Of a stretch of 64,000 nucleotides of DNA, positions 1-8,841 are shown in pieces. The translations under genes were made by a program, and so were the position numbers. Every line of letters starts with the position of its first letter. Position 1 is the stretch's first letter. The DNA is taken from NCBI GenBank assembly GCA_964421955.1, contig CAYQYU010000003.1, positions 1-64,000 on the forward strand. The letters run 5' to 3'. The notes below the pieces were generated by a model, which did not search any database, was not told the DNA's origin, and saw nothing but the letters and a program-made list of their open reading frames with translations. Source of the DNA: an uncultured archaeon. GTDB taxonomy: Archaea > Nanohalarchaeota > Nanosalinia > Nanosalinales > Nanosalinaceae.

Positions 1-750
1 TCATTCAAACTGCCGACCCTAGTAGTGTCCGGGACATAATAATCGACTACCGCGGTGTCGTCGCCTCCAGTGATCTCTATACCGTGGACAACATTTGAAG
101 CACCGCCCGGGTTGGAAGCATTACTGGACGATAGATCCTGAGAGTCAGTTCCTAGGCCCGAGGAGTCGACACATACCCAGTCGCTGCCATCCCACCGCAA
201 AACATCACTACCACTACAACCAGACTGCGCCAGCTGCGTACGATTAACCGCCGCATCCGCAATATTGAGATTCCCAACAAGAATCTCCGAAGTCTGAAGA
301 GAACCAGAAGAAGTTATACCCGTAACCGTCTCAGAAGAAGACGCACCACCCGAGAAGAAGTTAGTAGAAGCGGAATCCGAGTAAAGATTACCTATTGCCT
401 CCAGATCGTTACCATCAAGGCTGATCGACCTGTTGGCTATGTTTCCGACAAGCAGGGTCCGGTTGAGGCTTTCAGTACCTGTATCCTCGGGGACTGTCTG
501 GCAGACGTAGCTCCCGTTAGGGTAAACGCGTTTCACGACCTCGTTGCTTCCGGAGCAGGCGTTCGAGAAGAATCCTTCTATGTTGCTTCCTGTCAGGTTG
601 AGGTCGACACCGCCCGACCAGTTGCCCTCGTTAAGAGTCTGCTGGAAATCCTCAGTCGTCGATGCCGCAGAAACAGGTGTACAAACGTAGCTTCCGTTGG
701 GAAACACCTTCCTCACCATCTCATCAGTCGCACAAGCATCCGCAAAGAAG
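1..750. repeat. Long direct repeat, copy 1 (matches 4314..5063; bases 1..572 also match 3096..3667)
   Basis: By-eye comparison: the match to 4314-5063 ends after ...cgcaaagaag (750/5063); the match to 3096-3667 ends after ...gttcgagaagaa (572/3667). Confidence 0.9.
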
Positions 751-944
751 CTCTGTATCTGGTTGTTGTTCATGTTGAGAGGTCCCTGAGCCTGTATGCC
801 ACCCGAGGTGTTGACCTCGAACTCAAGGGTGTTCGAAGGGAAGTAGCGGAGGTTGTAGCTGGAGTTGAGGTCGAGCGCCGCTCCTGTAGTTACAAAGGCC
901 GCGAGCAGGAGGGCCGCGATTATGGTTTTCGAGAAAAGCCTCAT
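1..944 (-). CDS. Secreted repeat-rich fibre/adhesin-like protein, paralog of 2075..5371 (runs off the left window edge; missing from the ORF track)
   Basis: ATG at 944 reads MRLFSKTIIAALLLAAFVTTGAA (signal peptide), then LDLNSSYNLRYFPSNT... and continues into FFADACATDEMVRKVFPNGSYVC.... Bases 1-750 match 4314-5063. TTTAAA box at ~976-981. Confidence 0.85.
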   Translation of the reverse strand, partial: MRLFSKTIIAALLLAAFVTTGAALDLNSSYNLRYFPSNTLEFEVNTSGGIQAQGPLNMNNNQIQSFFADACATDEMVRKVFPNGSYVCTPVSAASTTEDFQQTLNEGNWSGGVDLNLTGSNIEGFFSNACSGSNEVVKRVYPNGSYVCQTVPEDTGTESLNRTLLVGNIANRSISLDGNDLEAIGNLYSDSASTNFFSGGASSSETVTGITSSGSLQTSEILVGNLNIADAAVNRTQLAQSGCSGSDVLRWDGSDWVCVDSSGLGTDSQDLSSSNASNPGGASNVVHGIEITGGDDTAVVDYYVPDTTRVGSLN

Positions 945-994
945 TCCTTCCCCGTTACTGACTTGCTCAGAACGGTTTAAACCGGTTTCCTGAC

Positions 995-1012
995 TCATGA
1001 GCACCGATCACC
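995..1012. repeat. 18-bp direct repeat tcatgagcaccgatcacc, copy 1
   Basis: Identical to 2075..2092, 1080 bp away. On the minus strand it encodes GDRCS-stop. Confidence 0.9.
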
Positions 1013-1053
1013 TGCGCAAATTTTCTTATCGCCTATCATGGACTCACTGGCCT

Positions 1054-1479
1054 TCATAACTGGTCCTCCACCCTATCCTTTATCTCTGGCAACAGGTTCT
1101 CCGCGGTTTTTATTATCTGATCGGCCTCTTTCTGCGTTATTTCTTGGGCCTCATACCTGGACTCGTTCCTGAGCTTCCTGAATCTGTGAAGCTGGTTTAT
1201 AGCTGATCGGCCGATCTCCATTCTCTCCTCCGCATACGAGATAGCCGCGACGTGATCGCTTGACTTAAAGCCTTCAGCAGCCATACCGGCTTCAACCATC
1301 TCTCTAATTGCCTCGTATACATTTTCCAGGACTTCAAAAGCGTTCGACTCTGTGAGCTCCCTATCCTTCTGGTTGTTGAACCTTCTTTCTGCGCGTTGAA
1401 CCAAACTTCTGGCCCTCGCCTTGTCTATCTGTACTTCCTCGATTCTTCTTTCCTCCCTTAACTCCTCGAAATCATTCAT
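1054..1479 (-). CDS. HEPN-domain protein (putative toxin)
   Basis: All-helical 141 aa with an R-x4-Y variant motif (LRNESRY) and an H-containing SSDHVA segment. Overlaps the upstream MNT gene by 4 nt. Confidence 0.8.
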   Translation of the reverse strand: MNDFEELREERRIEEVQIDKARARSLVQRAERRFNNQKDRELTESNAFEVLENVYEAIREMVEAGMAAEGFKSSDHVAAISYAEERMEIGRSAINQLHRFRKLRNESRYEAQEITQKEADQIIKTAENLLPEIKDRVEDQL

Positions 1480-1991
1480 ACCTCTAGATATCCTCTCAAA
1501 ACTATTCCGTTGGAAAGAGTTTCCAGAAAATTCTTCTTCACATCGTCCAGATCAACACTGTGCAAACTGATTTCTCTGCCCAGTTCTCCCTCGTATCTGC
1601 TGGTTTCTATATCCAGGTCACGACCATTCACAACCGCGATATCTATGTCGCTACCGGAGCTATCTTCACCTCTTGAATAACTTCCGAAGAGAACTATGGC
1701 CTCTGGAACTGCCTCTTCCTCCAGTCTCTCAATTAATCCGGTCTCCGCCAGCCTCCATAGATTAAAAGCCAGCTTGTAATCACGGAAAAGCGATGTTTCC
1801 GAAGCCCTTATACTCATCTTTACATCCCTCTCAGTTTCGACAATACCCCTTTCCTCCAGATCCTTCACAACCCTGGACACTGTGGATGGTGAAACACCCG
1901 TTTCCTCTGCAAGACCACGGACGTGGAACTCTTCACCAGGATTCAAGAATATCGTTTCAGCGATCAAACGCTTGTTTCTACTATCAAACAT
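1476..1991 (-). CDS. wHTH + minimal nucleotidyltransferase (MNT antitoxin)
   Basis: HTH (VRGLAEETGVSPSTVSRVVKDLEERGIV) plus the GS-x10-DxD motif (GSYSRGEDSSGSDID). Start moved to the ATG at 1991 (MFDSRN), which has a TATA-like box ~25 nt upstream. Confidence 0.88.
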   Translation of the reverse strand: MFDSRNKRLIAETIFLNPGEEFHVRGLAEETGVSPSTVSRVVKDLEERGIVETERDVKMSIRASETSLFRDYKLAFNLWRLAETGLIERLEEEAVPEAIVLFGSYSRGEDSSGSDIDIAVVNGRDLDIETSRYEGELGREISLHSVDLDDVKKNFLETLSNGIVLRGYLEV

Positions 1992-1992
1992 A

Positions 1993-2021
1993 TGTTTCAA
2001 TTTTGGAACAGAGTTTTTAAA
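1993..2021 (-). promoter_or_regulatory. TA promoter: imperfect palindrome (operator candidate) plus TATA-like box
   Basis: TGTTTCAAttTTGGAACA at 1993-2010 has 8-bp arms with one mismatch and lies directly upstream of the ATG. TTTAAAAA on the minus strand at ~2014-2021. Confidence 0.55.
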
Positions 2022-2074
2022 TTCTGGAGAGACCTGCCGAGAATCTTCCACCTCTGCTCCACCACATGCAGCAA

Positions 2075-2092
2075 TCATGAGCACCGATCACC
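2075..2092. repeat. 18-bp direct repeat, copy 2 (last codons of the 1098-aa gene)
   Basis: Identical to 995..1012. Confidence 0.9.
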
Positions 2093-5000
2093 CAGACACA
2101 TTCTTCCTGTCGCGTCAACCGTCTCCGTCTGGACCTCTCCCGCCACGTCAACGTTTCCACCCGTCGAAACCGTGTCGCCGCCTGAGTTGACAGTATTCAC
2201 GCGATCAATATTGTTGTTCATCATGTCGATCGACTGGTTCGCCTCATTGCCCTCCGTCAAAGTAAGATTCAGGTCCTCAACATCCTGACCGGTATCAATC
2301 GTCGAAGTACACACATACGTACCATTAGGCAACACCTCCTTCACAGCCTCATCCGTACCACAAGCATCACCATAATAACCAGTAATCGAAGCATTCGAAT
2401 CCACAAAATCAACACGAGAACCATGAACCGTTAGATTACCGGTGACGTTGACATCAAGTTTCTCAGTGCCGAGGTTGCCAAACGTGGCCTCATAACTGTT
2501 AGGTGCATTGGCGTAGGCACCTATTGCTATTGCTCCCTCAGAGGAAGCATCGGTGTTTCCTCCTAAACTTATAGCCCAGTTCTGTGTTGCATCGGCATTA
2601 CTTCCCAAAGCTATTGAACCAAAGTTGGAAGTACTTGATAGCTGACCGATCGAAATCGAATCATCTCCATCCGCCTGACCGAAAACAGCGAAAGACTGTC
2701 CATTAGTAGATCCTGCATTAGTGCCGATTGCTACAGCATCATTCCCAGAAGTAGAAACCCCGTCTCCGATGGCAATCTGTTGAAATCCGGTCGTAGAAGT
2801 ATCCACATCACCAATCCTAACTCCATCATTAAAATCGATCACGCTACTGCCATTCACAGTAATGTTATTATGATCAGTGAAACTGCCAGCATTCAGAGTA
2901 GACGCCAGATCCTCGGTACCTGTGTCCTCAGGGATTGTATCGCAGACATAGCTTCCGTTAGCATAAACACGCTTTACAACCTCATTCTGGCCGGAACACG
3001 TGTTGGCGAAGAAGTCGTTGATGTGGCCGGGACCGGTGATGTTGTTGCCTGCCATTATTATCGACTGGTTGGCGAGGTTGCCAACCGTAAGAGTCTCATT
3101 CAAACTGCCGACCCTAGTAGTGTCCGGGACATAATAATCGACTACCGCGGTGTCGTCGCCTCCAGTGATCTCTATACCGTGGACAACATTTGAAGCACCG
3201 CCCGGGTTGGAAGCATTACTGGACGATAGATCCTGAGAGTCAGTTCCTAGGCCCGAGGAGTCGACACATACCCAGTCGCTGCCATCCCACCGCAAAACAT
3301 CACTACCACTACAACCAGACTGCGCCAGCTGCGTACGATTAACCGCCGCATCCGCAATATTGAGATTCCCAACAAGAATCTCCGAAGTCTGAAGAGAACC
3401 AGAAGAAGTTATACCCGTAACCGTCTCAGAAGAAGACGCACCACCCGAGAAGAAGTTAGTAGAAGCGGAATCCGAGTAAAGATTACCTATTGCCTCCAGA
3501 TCGTTACCATCAAGGCTGATCGACCTGTTGGCTATGTTTCCGACAAGCAGGGTCCGGTTGAGGCTTTCAGTACCTGTATCCTCGGGGACTGTCTGGCAGA
3601 CGTAGCTCCCGTTAGGGTAAACGCGTTTCACGACCTCGTTGCTTCCGGAGCAGGCGTTCGAGAAGAAACCTGTAATATTTCCGACATCCTCGATGTCGTT
3701 GCCAGCAAGAACAATCGACTGGTTGGCGAGGTTGCCAACCGTAAGAGTCTCATTCAAACTGCCGACCCTGGTGGTATCCGGAACATAGTAGTCCTTGATC
3801 GCCGCATCAGTGGTAGTATCCGAAATATCGATCAGCTGCGTCACACTCGAAGCACCCGACGGAGTAGTACCGTTATCCTCGCCCAGGGTCTGGATCTCGT
3901 TGCTGGAGGAAGGATCAGAAGCGTTCAGCCAGCCCGAATCATAGATTATACCTTCTCCCGCGACACTCGAATCAAGTTCACCGCCCGAACGGGTGACCGC
4001 GTTCGAGTTTATCTGCGCATTGTTCACGATATCAGTTCCCTCCAGGTTGCCGATATCGAGAATGTTGTGGCCCGCCATGCTTATCGACTGGTTGGAAATA
4101 TTGCCCGCAGTAAGAGTCTGGTTCAGATTTTCAACTCCTGCGTCCTCCGGAATGGTTTCACACACATAGCTTCCGTTCTTGTAGATGCGTTTTACGACTT
4201 CGTTTGCACCGGAGCATTTGTTAGAGAAGAAGCCGGTGATGTTGCCCACATCCTCGATGTCGTTGCCAGCAAGAACGATCGACTGGTTCGCCAGGTTGCC
4301 CGCAGTAAGAGTTTCATTCAAACTGCCGACCCTAGTAGTGTCCGGGACATAATAATCGACTACCGCGGTGTCGTCGCCTCCAGTGATCTCTATACCGTGG
4401 ACAACATTTGAAGCACCGCCCGGGTTGGAAGCATTACTGGACGATAGATCCTGAGAGTCAGTTCCTAGGCCCGAGGAGTCGACACATACCCAGTCGCTGC
4501 CATCCCACCGCAAAACATCACTACCACTACAACCAGACTGCGCCAGCTGCGTACGATTAACCGCCGCATCCGCAATATTGAGATTCCCAACAAGAATCTC
4601 CGAAGTCTGAAGAGAACCAGAAGAAGTTATACCCGTAACCGTCTCAGAAGAAGACGCACCACCCGAGAAGAAGTTAGTAGAAGCGGAATCCGAGTAAAGA
4701 TTACCTATTGCCTCCAGATCGTTACCATCAAGGCTGATCGACCTGTTGGCTATGTTTCCGACAAGCAGGGTCCGGTTGAGGCTTTCAGTACCTGTATCCT
4801 CGGGGACTGTCTGGCAGACGTAGCTCCCGTTAGGGTAAACGCGTTTCACGACCTCGTTGCTTCCGGAGCAGGCGTTCGAGAAGAATCCTTCTATGTTGCT
4901 TCCTGTCAGGTTGAGGTCGACACCGCCCGACCAGTTGCCCTCGTTAAGAGTCTGCTGGAAATCCTCAGTCGTCGATGCCGCAGAAACAGGTGTACAAACG

Positions 5001-5371
5001 TAGCTTCCGTTGGGAAACACCTTCCTCACCATCTCATCAGTCGCACAAGCATCCGCAAAGAAGTTCTCTATGTTGTTATTGTCATTCAGGTCGAGATCCG
5101 AGTTGACCACTTCCCAGCGGACCGCGTTGGAGTTCCAGATAAGTGTTTTTACACCGGTAGAGTCCCTGAACGTTATGTTTCCATCCGTATCGTTCGCGAT
5201 TATTGACCCGGTCTCGATCTGTGTCGCGTTAGTGAGATTCTTGCCGCCGAAATCGATGTTTTCATCCGGCGGATAGAGCTCCGAGAAAGGGTGGTGCTGT
5301 GCCGCCTGCGCACCAACAAATCCCAGAAGCAGCAGACCCGCCAGCGATACCAGAATGGATTTTTGCAGCAC
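2075..5371 (-). CDS. Large secreted repeat-rich fibre/adhesin-like glycoprotein with YadA-head-like repeats
   Basis: Signal peptide MLQKSILVSLAGLLLLGFVGAQA. Six C...NG[ST]YVC modules, about nine L-x-x-TL-x-x-G[NS] motifs, two GCSGSDVLRWDGSDWVC motifs, and AIG/ALG/SIG-type head repeats near the C-terminus. Many NxS/T sequons and no C-terminal TM helix. Confidence 0.85.
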   Translation of the reverse strand: MLQKSILVSLAGLLLLGFVGAQAAQHHPFSELYPPDENIDFGGKNLTNATQIETGSIIANDTDGNITFRDSTGVKTLIWNSNAVRWEVVNSDLDLNDNNNIENFFADACATDEMVRKVFPNGSYVCTPVSAASTTEDFQQTLNEGNWSGGVDLNLTGSNIEGFFSNACSGSNEVVKRVYPNGSYVCQTVPEDTGTESLNRTLLVGNIANRSISLDGNDLEAIGNLYSDSASTNFFSGGASSSETVTGITSSGSLQTSEILVGNLNIADAAVNRTQLAQSGCSGSDVLRWDGSDWVCVDSSGLGTDSQDLSSSNASNPGGASNVVHGIEITGGDDTAVVDYYVPDTTRVGSLNETLTAGNLANQSIVLAGNDIEDVGNITGFFSNKCSGANEVVKRIYKNGSYVCETIPEDAGVENLNQTLTAGNISNQSISMAGHNILDIGNLEGTDIVNNAQINSNAVTRSGGELDSSVAGEGIIYDSGWLNASDPSSSNEIQTLGEDNGTTPSGASSVTQLIDISDTTTDAAIKDYYVPDTTRVGSLNETLTVGNLANQSIVLAGNDIEDVGNITGFFSNACSGSNEVVKRVYPNGSYVCQTVPEDTGTESLNRTLLVGNIANRSISLDGNDLEAIGNLYSDSASTNFFSGGASSSETVTGITSSGSLQTSEILVGNLNIADAAVNRTQLAQSGCSGSDVLRWDGSDWVCVDSSGLGTDSQDLSSSNASNPGGASNVVHGIEITGGDDTAVVDYYVPDTTRVGSLNETLTVGNLANQSIIMAGNNITGPGHINDFFANTCSGQNEVVKRVYANGSYVCDTIPEDTGTEDLASTLNAGSFTDHNNITVNGSSVIDFNDGVRIGDVDTSTTGFQQIAIGDGVSTSGNDAVAIGTNAGSTNGQSFAVFGQADGDDSISIGQLSSTSNFGSIALGSNADATQNWAISLGGNTDASSEGAIAIGAYANAPNSYEATFGNLGTEKLDVNVTGNLTVHGSRVDFVDSNASITGYYGDACGTDEAVKEVLPNGTYVCTSTIDTGQDVEDLNLTLTEGNEANQSIDMMNNNIDRVNTVNSGGDTVSTGGNVDVAGEVQTETVDATGRMCLGDRCS
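3096..3667. repeat. Intragenic 572-bp direct repeat (matches 4314..4885 and 1..572)
   Basis: Offset from the 4314 copy is 1218 bp = 406 codons. The protein segment is duplicated exactly. Confidence 0.9.
4314..5063. repeat. Long direct repeat, copy matching 1..750
   Basis: Direct comparison with the window start. Confidence 0.9.
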
Positions 5372-5449
5372 TTATACCTCCTAAATATATTGGGTGGATC
5401 GGCCAAATATAAAACCAAGTTTTTATTACAGCAAAGTCACTTCTTGAGT

Positions 5450-6361
5450 ATGCGCCGGAAAACCATTCTTGTCCTCCTGCTTCTTCTACTGTCAACCAGT
5501 GTTTCCGGCCTTGAGGCGTCGATAAAAAACAGTTGCGGACCGCAGGAGGAACCCTTAATCTCGATGTACAGCCTTAACAACAGCCACGCCGCTACTCCAG
5601 GACACTTCCAGTACCAGGTATGTGTGGAGGGTGAGCGGGACTTTAACATAAGAGACGAGTGCGGGCCAGAAGAGGTCAGGGTGTTCTCCCTGTTCTCGGA
5701 AAACAACTCACACATCAGCATGTACTCCAGCTACACCTACGAGGTATGCTCCAAGGATACTAGAGGCGCGGTAAGAAGCAGCTGCTTCAGTAACGAGACC
5801 GCGGCCTTCTCCGTCCACAGCGACAACAACAGTCACGTGGGAGAGGTCGGCTACTACGGCGACAACCTCTGCCTGTTCAAGCAGCCGCCGAAGAACATCA
5901 CGCTCTCGATCTCCGGCCTCTCCGGCAACTTCCAGGCCGACGACGATCCTATCGCTCAGGGCAACAACCTCAGACTAGCAGAATATCCCTACATCGTCGC
6001 GGAGAACTCGGGTAAAGTCCGCGGTATAGTGAGCTATACCGAGTTCGTGGAGCTTTCGCGCTCTAGTTCCGACAAAATATCGGTCACGCAGACCGGGCCG
6101 ACATTCCTCGTGCCGTTCACGGAAGGCGATCACCAGGTGATAGAGGACCGGCAGGAACTTGTCATAAACACCAGGTTCTTCAACGTCCTGAACCCCAGCT
6201 TCGGGTTCAACATTCCGGAACAGCCGCAGGTAAGAGTTGCGCTCAAGCCGGACCAGGACGTCGAGGGCTTCACAGGGACCCTGAGAAACAGTATCGAGAT
6301 AGCCGTGCAGAACAGGGGGCTCAAGAATGGTACCCTGACAATCAGGATAGAGCCTCCATAG
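5450..6361 (+). CDS. Secreted protein with three Cys-flanked NNSH repeats and a C-terminal domain paralogous to 7085..7639
   Basis: Start moved to ATG 5450 (MRRKTILVLLLLLLSTSVSG signal peptide). Three repeats of the form C...S..S.NNSH.....Y..C. Confidence 0.8.
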   Translation: MRRKTILVLLLLLLSTSVSGLEASIKNSCGPQEEPLISMYSLNNSHAATPGHFQYQVCVEGERDFNIRDECGPEEVRVFSLFSENNSHISMYSSYTYEVCSKDTRGAVRSSCFSNETAAFSVHSDNNSHVGEVGYYGDNLCLFKQPPKNITLSISGLSGNFQADDDPIAQGNNLRLAEYPYIVAENSGKVRGIVSYTEFVELSRSSSDKISVTQTGPTFLVPFTEGDHQVIEDRQELVINTRFFNVLNPSFGFNIPEQPQVRVALKPDQDVEGFTGTLRNSIEIAVQNRGLKNGTLTIRIEPP

Positions 6362-6367
6362 AGCCAG

Positions 6368-6970
6368 TTACTGGTTGACCTGGAACTGGCATCCTGTGAA
6401 CTGTCCGATCTGCTGGAGGTTGTTGATTCCCTGGAGAGTCGAGCCGTTGTAGTAGAAAGCCGGCACAGCCTGGATGCCCCGGTCGGCCGCTTCCTGCAGG
6501 TTATCCGGGCTGTTGACGTCTTTGTAGGTTGGCACGTACTGGACGCCTCCAAGAACCTGGATCTGCTGGACGGTTGGCGCCTGGGTCGCGTTGCCGTACA
6601 TCACGACGTTCTTGTCCTGGAGGCACTGTGAGAACTCCTCCTGCGCATCAATGACATTATTGACCTGCTCGATATCTGTCAGAGCGGTTGTCATCATCCT
6701 TCCATTTTTGGTCACAAAGTAGGTCTGTAGCTGGTTGTTGTTATCGGATACATCTACACGATATAGGCCGTCCTGCTCCTCTACACGGACAAGTTCAACC
6801 TGCTGGCCCGTCCTCTCAAGCGTCGAGACAACCTTCTCTCCCGCCTGCTGGGATGAAACATTATCCATGTTTGTTCCGAGGTATGCCGCTGCGCCACCGA
6901 TTAAAAGGCCAGCGACGAGGATTAGAACCATCATAAGATTTCCAGAGCCGAACAGGTCTTCCATGTTCAT
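6368..6970 (-). CDS. Membrane-anchored thioredoxin/glutaredoxin-fold protein lacking CxxC
   Basis: N-terminal TM helix, a DsbC-N-like segment (GLYRV...YFVTKNGR), and a C-terminal fold segment (VVMYG....GIQAVPAFYYNG...GI) without the active-site cysteines. Confidence 0.65.
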   Translation of the reverse strand: MNMEDLFGSGNLMMVLILVAGLLIGGAAAYLGTNMDNVSSQQAGEKVVSTLERTGQQVELVRVEEQDGLYRVDVSDNNNQLQTYFVTKNGRMMTTALTDIEQVNNVIDAQEEFSQCLQDKNVVMYGNATQAPTVQQIQVLGGVQYVPTYKDVNSPDNLQEAADRGIQAVPAFYYNGSTLQGINNLQQIGQFTGCQFQVNQ

Positions 6971-7084
6971 GTAACCGATTTTCTACTTTCACGCTTTTAA
7001 CTGCTTTCCTGCCCCCGAGATACTCCCGAATTTCGGGACGGGCGTATCCACATTTAATAACCGAGACAGCCCCAGTATTACTAC

Positions 7085-7639
7085 ATGAGAAAGCTGTTCC
7101 TCGGGTTTCTGGTGCTGTTTCTGGTAGGCAACGCGGCCGGGCAGAACGGCACAGATGTCAAGAACGTCAGCCTCAGCCTGGAGTTCAACCTGTCCTCCTC
7201 CGACCAGGTCTACTTCGACGGAGAAGAGGTTTCAACAGGCGAATTTAGCTCCGCAGACTTCCCTTACATCGTGTCCCAGGGTGGCGGGTACGTGTCCGGA
7301 ATTGTCGCCGACACGTTCATCCGCGCAGAGAGAAGTCTGAATGAGGAGAACCGGATCACGCTCCAGCGCGAGCCAGGGAAATCTTCATTTCTCGTACCTT
7401 TAACCTCGGGCAGCCAGTTCCAGGTGGAACGCCGCGAGGAACTCATTGTCTCAAATCAGTTTTTGAACCAGCTGATGCCCAGCTTCGGCTTCTTCATGCC
7501 AGAGGAGGCGACCGTCAAAACCGCTCTCGACCCAAACGTTACGATCAACTCCGACCTCGATCTGGACCGGGGCACATACACGCTCGAGATCAGGAAGACT
7601 GGTGAAAACAGGGTCCAGATAACAGAGAAAGAGGAGTGA
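7085..7639 (+). CDS. Secreted hypothetical protein
   Basis: Signal peptide. Shares PYIV..GIV, FLVP.T.G and PSFGF motifs with the C-terminal half of 5450..6361. Confidence 0.8.
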   Translation: MRKLFLGFLVLFLVGNAAGQNGTDVKNVSLSLEFNLSSSDQVYFDGEEVSTGEFSSADFPYIVSQGGGYVSGIVADTFIRAERSLNEENRITLQREPGKSSFLVPLTSGSQFQVERREELIVSNQFLNQLMPSFGFFMPEEATVKTALDPNVTINSDLDLDRGTYTLEIRKTGENRVQITEKEE

Positions 7640-8841
7640 AAATGATGCTCAAACGGAAAGGTCAAGCCGTTAACATCGACTGGTCGATAGGGCTCGCACT
7701 GTTCCTCACCGCGATAGTAGGCGGGGTCCTGATAACAGTCAACGGCGACACCGGCGCGATAAGGGTCTCAGAGGCCGACCAGAAAGCATTTCTAATCCAG
7801 CAGGAACTCCGGGAAGAGACCTTCCGGGAGGGGAGAACGGCGCCCTTGATAGTCGACACACCAGTCAATCTCTCGGCCTCGATACCCTTGGACAGGAGTT
7901 ACCTGTTTTCCGGTAACGCGTATCCCGGATCCGGCGCGATGGATGTTCCCGCCGAGATCAATATATCCGGCGATCGGGTTGTAACAGTTACTGGACTCGC
8001 GAACGCGTCGTTCGAAAACTCTTCCCACCAAGTCAGCTACTTCTTCTCGAATACTTCGAACCTCAGCTACTCCAACGATATAGACACCGGCGCGTGGCTG
8101 AACAACTCCCGGATACAGCTCAAACCCGGGAATAACGGCCTGGATTCCATGAGGATCGACGACCAGGAAATACTCAATGAAACCGCGGATCTCGACGGGA
8201 GCGACTTCTCGACCCAGGAAGGAGAACTCCACTCTTCCTCGCTTGACGGCGACCTGAAGATCTACAACGGCTCCCGGGAAATCATACTCGAGGACGCCGG
8301 GGAAACAACCTTCTACCTCGGAAACCTGTCGACGCTCTACTGGTACAGCGACAACTCAACCACAGGTCTTGCCGGGACAGGAAACTTCAGGAGCGGGGAT
8401 ACAAAAGGATTCACGGTCGCGAGCGACTACGGCGCGACCTTCATCGGCGACATGGAGGCGAACGTTTCAAAACCAAGCAGCTCGACCGTGAAAGCTGAGA
8501 TAAACTCTTCTCGATTGAGAATATTCCTCCACGACTCGAACTACACCGCGGGAAGAAAACGCGCACTCATCTTCGACCAGGGAGACATCTTCTTCGGCGT
8601 TGAAAAGAAGATAGAGGGCGCCTCGAAACAGAAGATAGAGCAACTCGAAAACCTGAGCCAGCGGGAGTTCGAGGACCGGCTCAGCATCGGCGACTTCGGC
8701 TACAACATAACCTTCGGGTCCCTCAAAAACGGGACCGCCATCCCCCTCGAGAACGTCGTGGTCTCGGACTCTCCGGCAGAGATGCTGGGACGCTACGGAA
8801 ACTACAGCAGAATCGAGAGCAGGGTGTCCATATGGAACTGA
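7636..8841 (+). CDS. Class III signal peptide (minor pilin-like) protein
   Basis: RKG/QAVNIDWSIGLALFL prepilin-type cleavage site followed by a hydrophobic helix. Overlaps its neighbours in an operon. Confidence 0.7.
   Translation: MKMMLKRKGQAVNIDWSIGLALFLTAIVGGVLITVNGDTGAIRVSEADQKAFLIQQELREETFREGRTAPLIVDTPVNLSASIPLDRSYLFSGNAYPGSGAMDVPAEINISGDRVVTVTGLANASFENSSHQVSYFFSNTSNLSYSNDIDTGAWLNNSRIQLKPGNNGLDSMRIDDQEILNETADLDGSDFSTQEGELHSSSLDGDLKIYNGSREIILEDAGETTFYLGNLSTLYWYSDNSTTGLAGTGNFRSGDTKGFTVASDYGATFIGDMEANVSKPSSSTVKAEINSSRLRIFLHDSNYTAGRKRALIFDQGDIFFGVEKKIEGASKQKIEQLENLSQREFEDRLSIGDFGYNITFGSLKNGTAIPLENVVVSDSPAEMLGRYGNYSRIESRVSIWN

Noticed and set aside
995-2092. IS element or shufflon
   Set aside because: No transposase or recombinase, and the repeats are direct rather than inverted.
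1-5371. Diversity-generating retroelement (TR/VR) explanation for the repeats
   Set aside because: Copies are either identical or differ mostly at synonymous positions without an evident adenine bias, and there is no reverse transcriptase in the window.
7005-7050. Hairpin GATAC-TCCCGAA-t-TTCGGGA...GTATC between divergent genes
   Set aside because: Single instance with no clear relation to the other hairpin families. It may be an operator, but the evidence is too thin.
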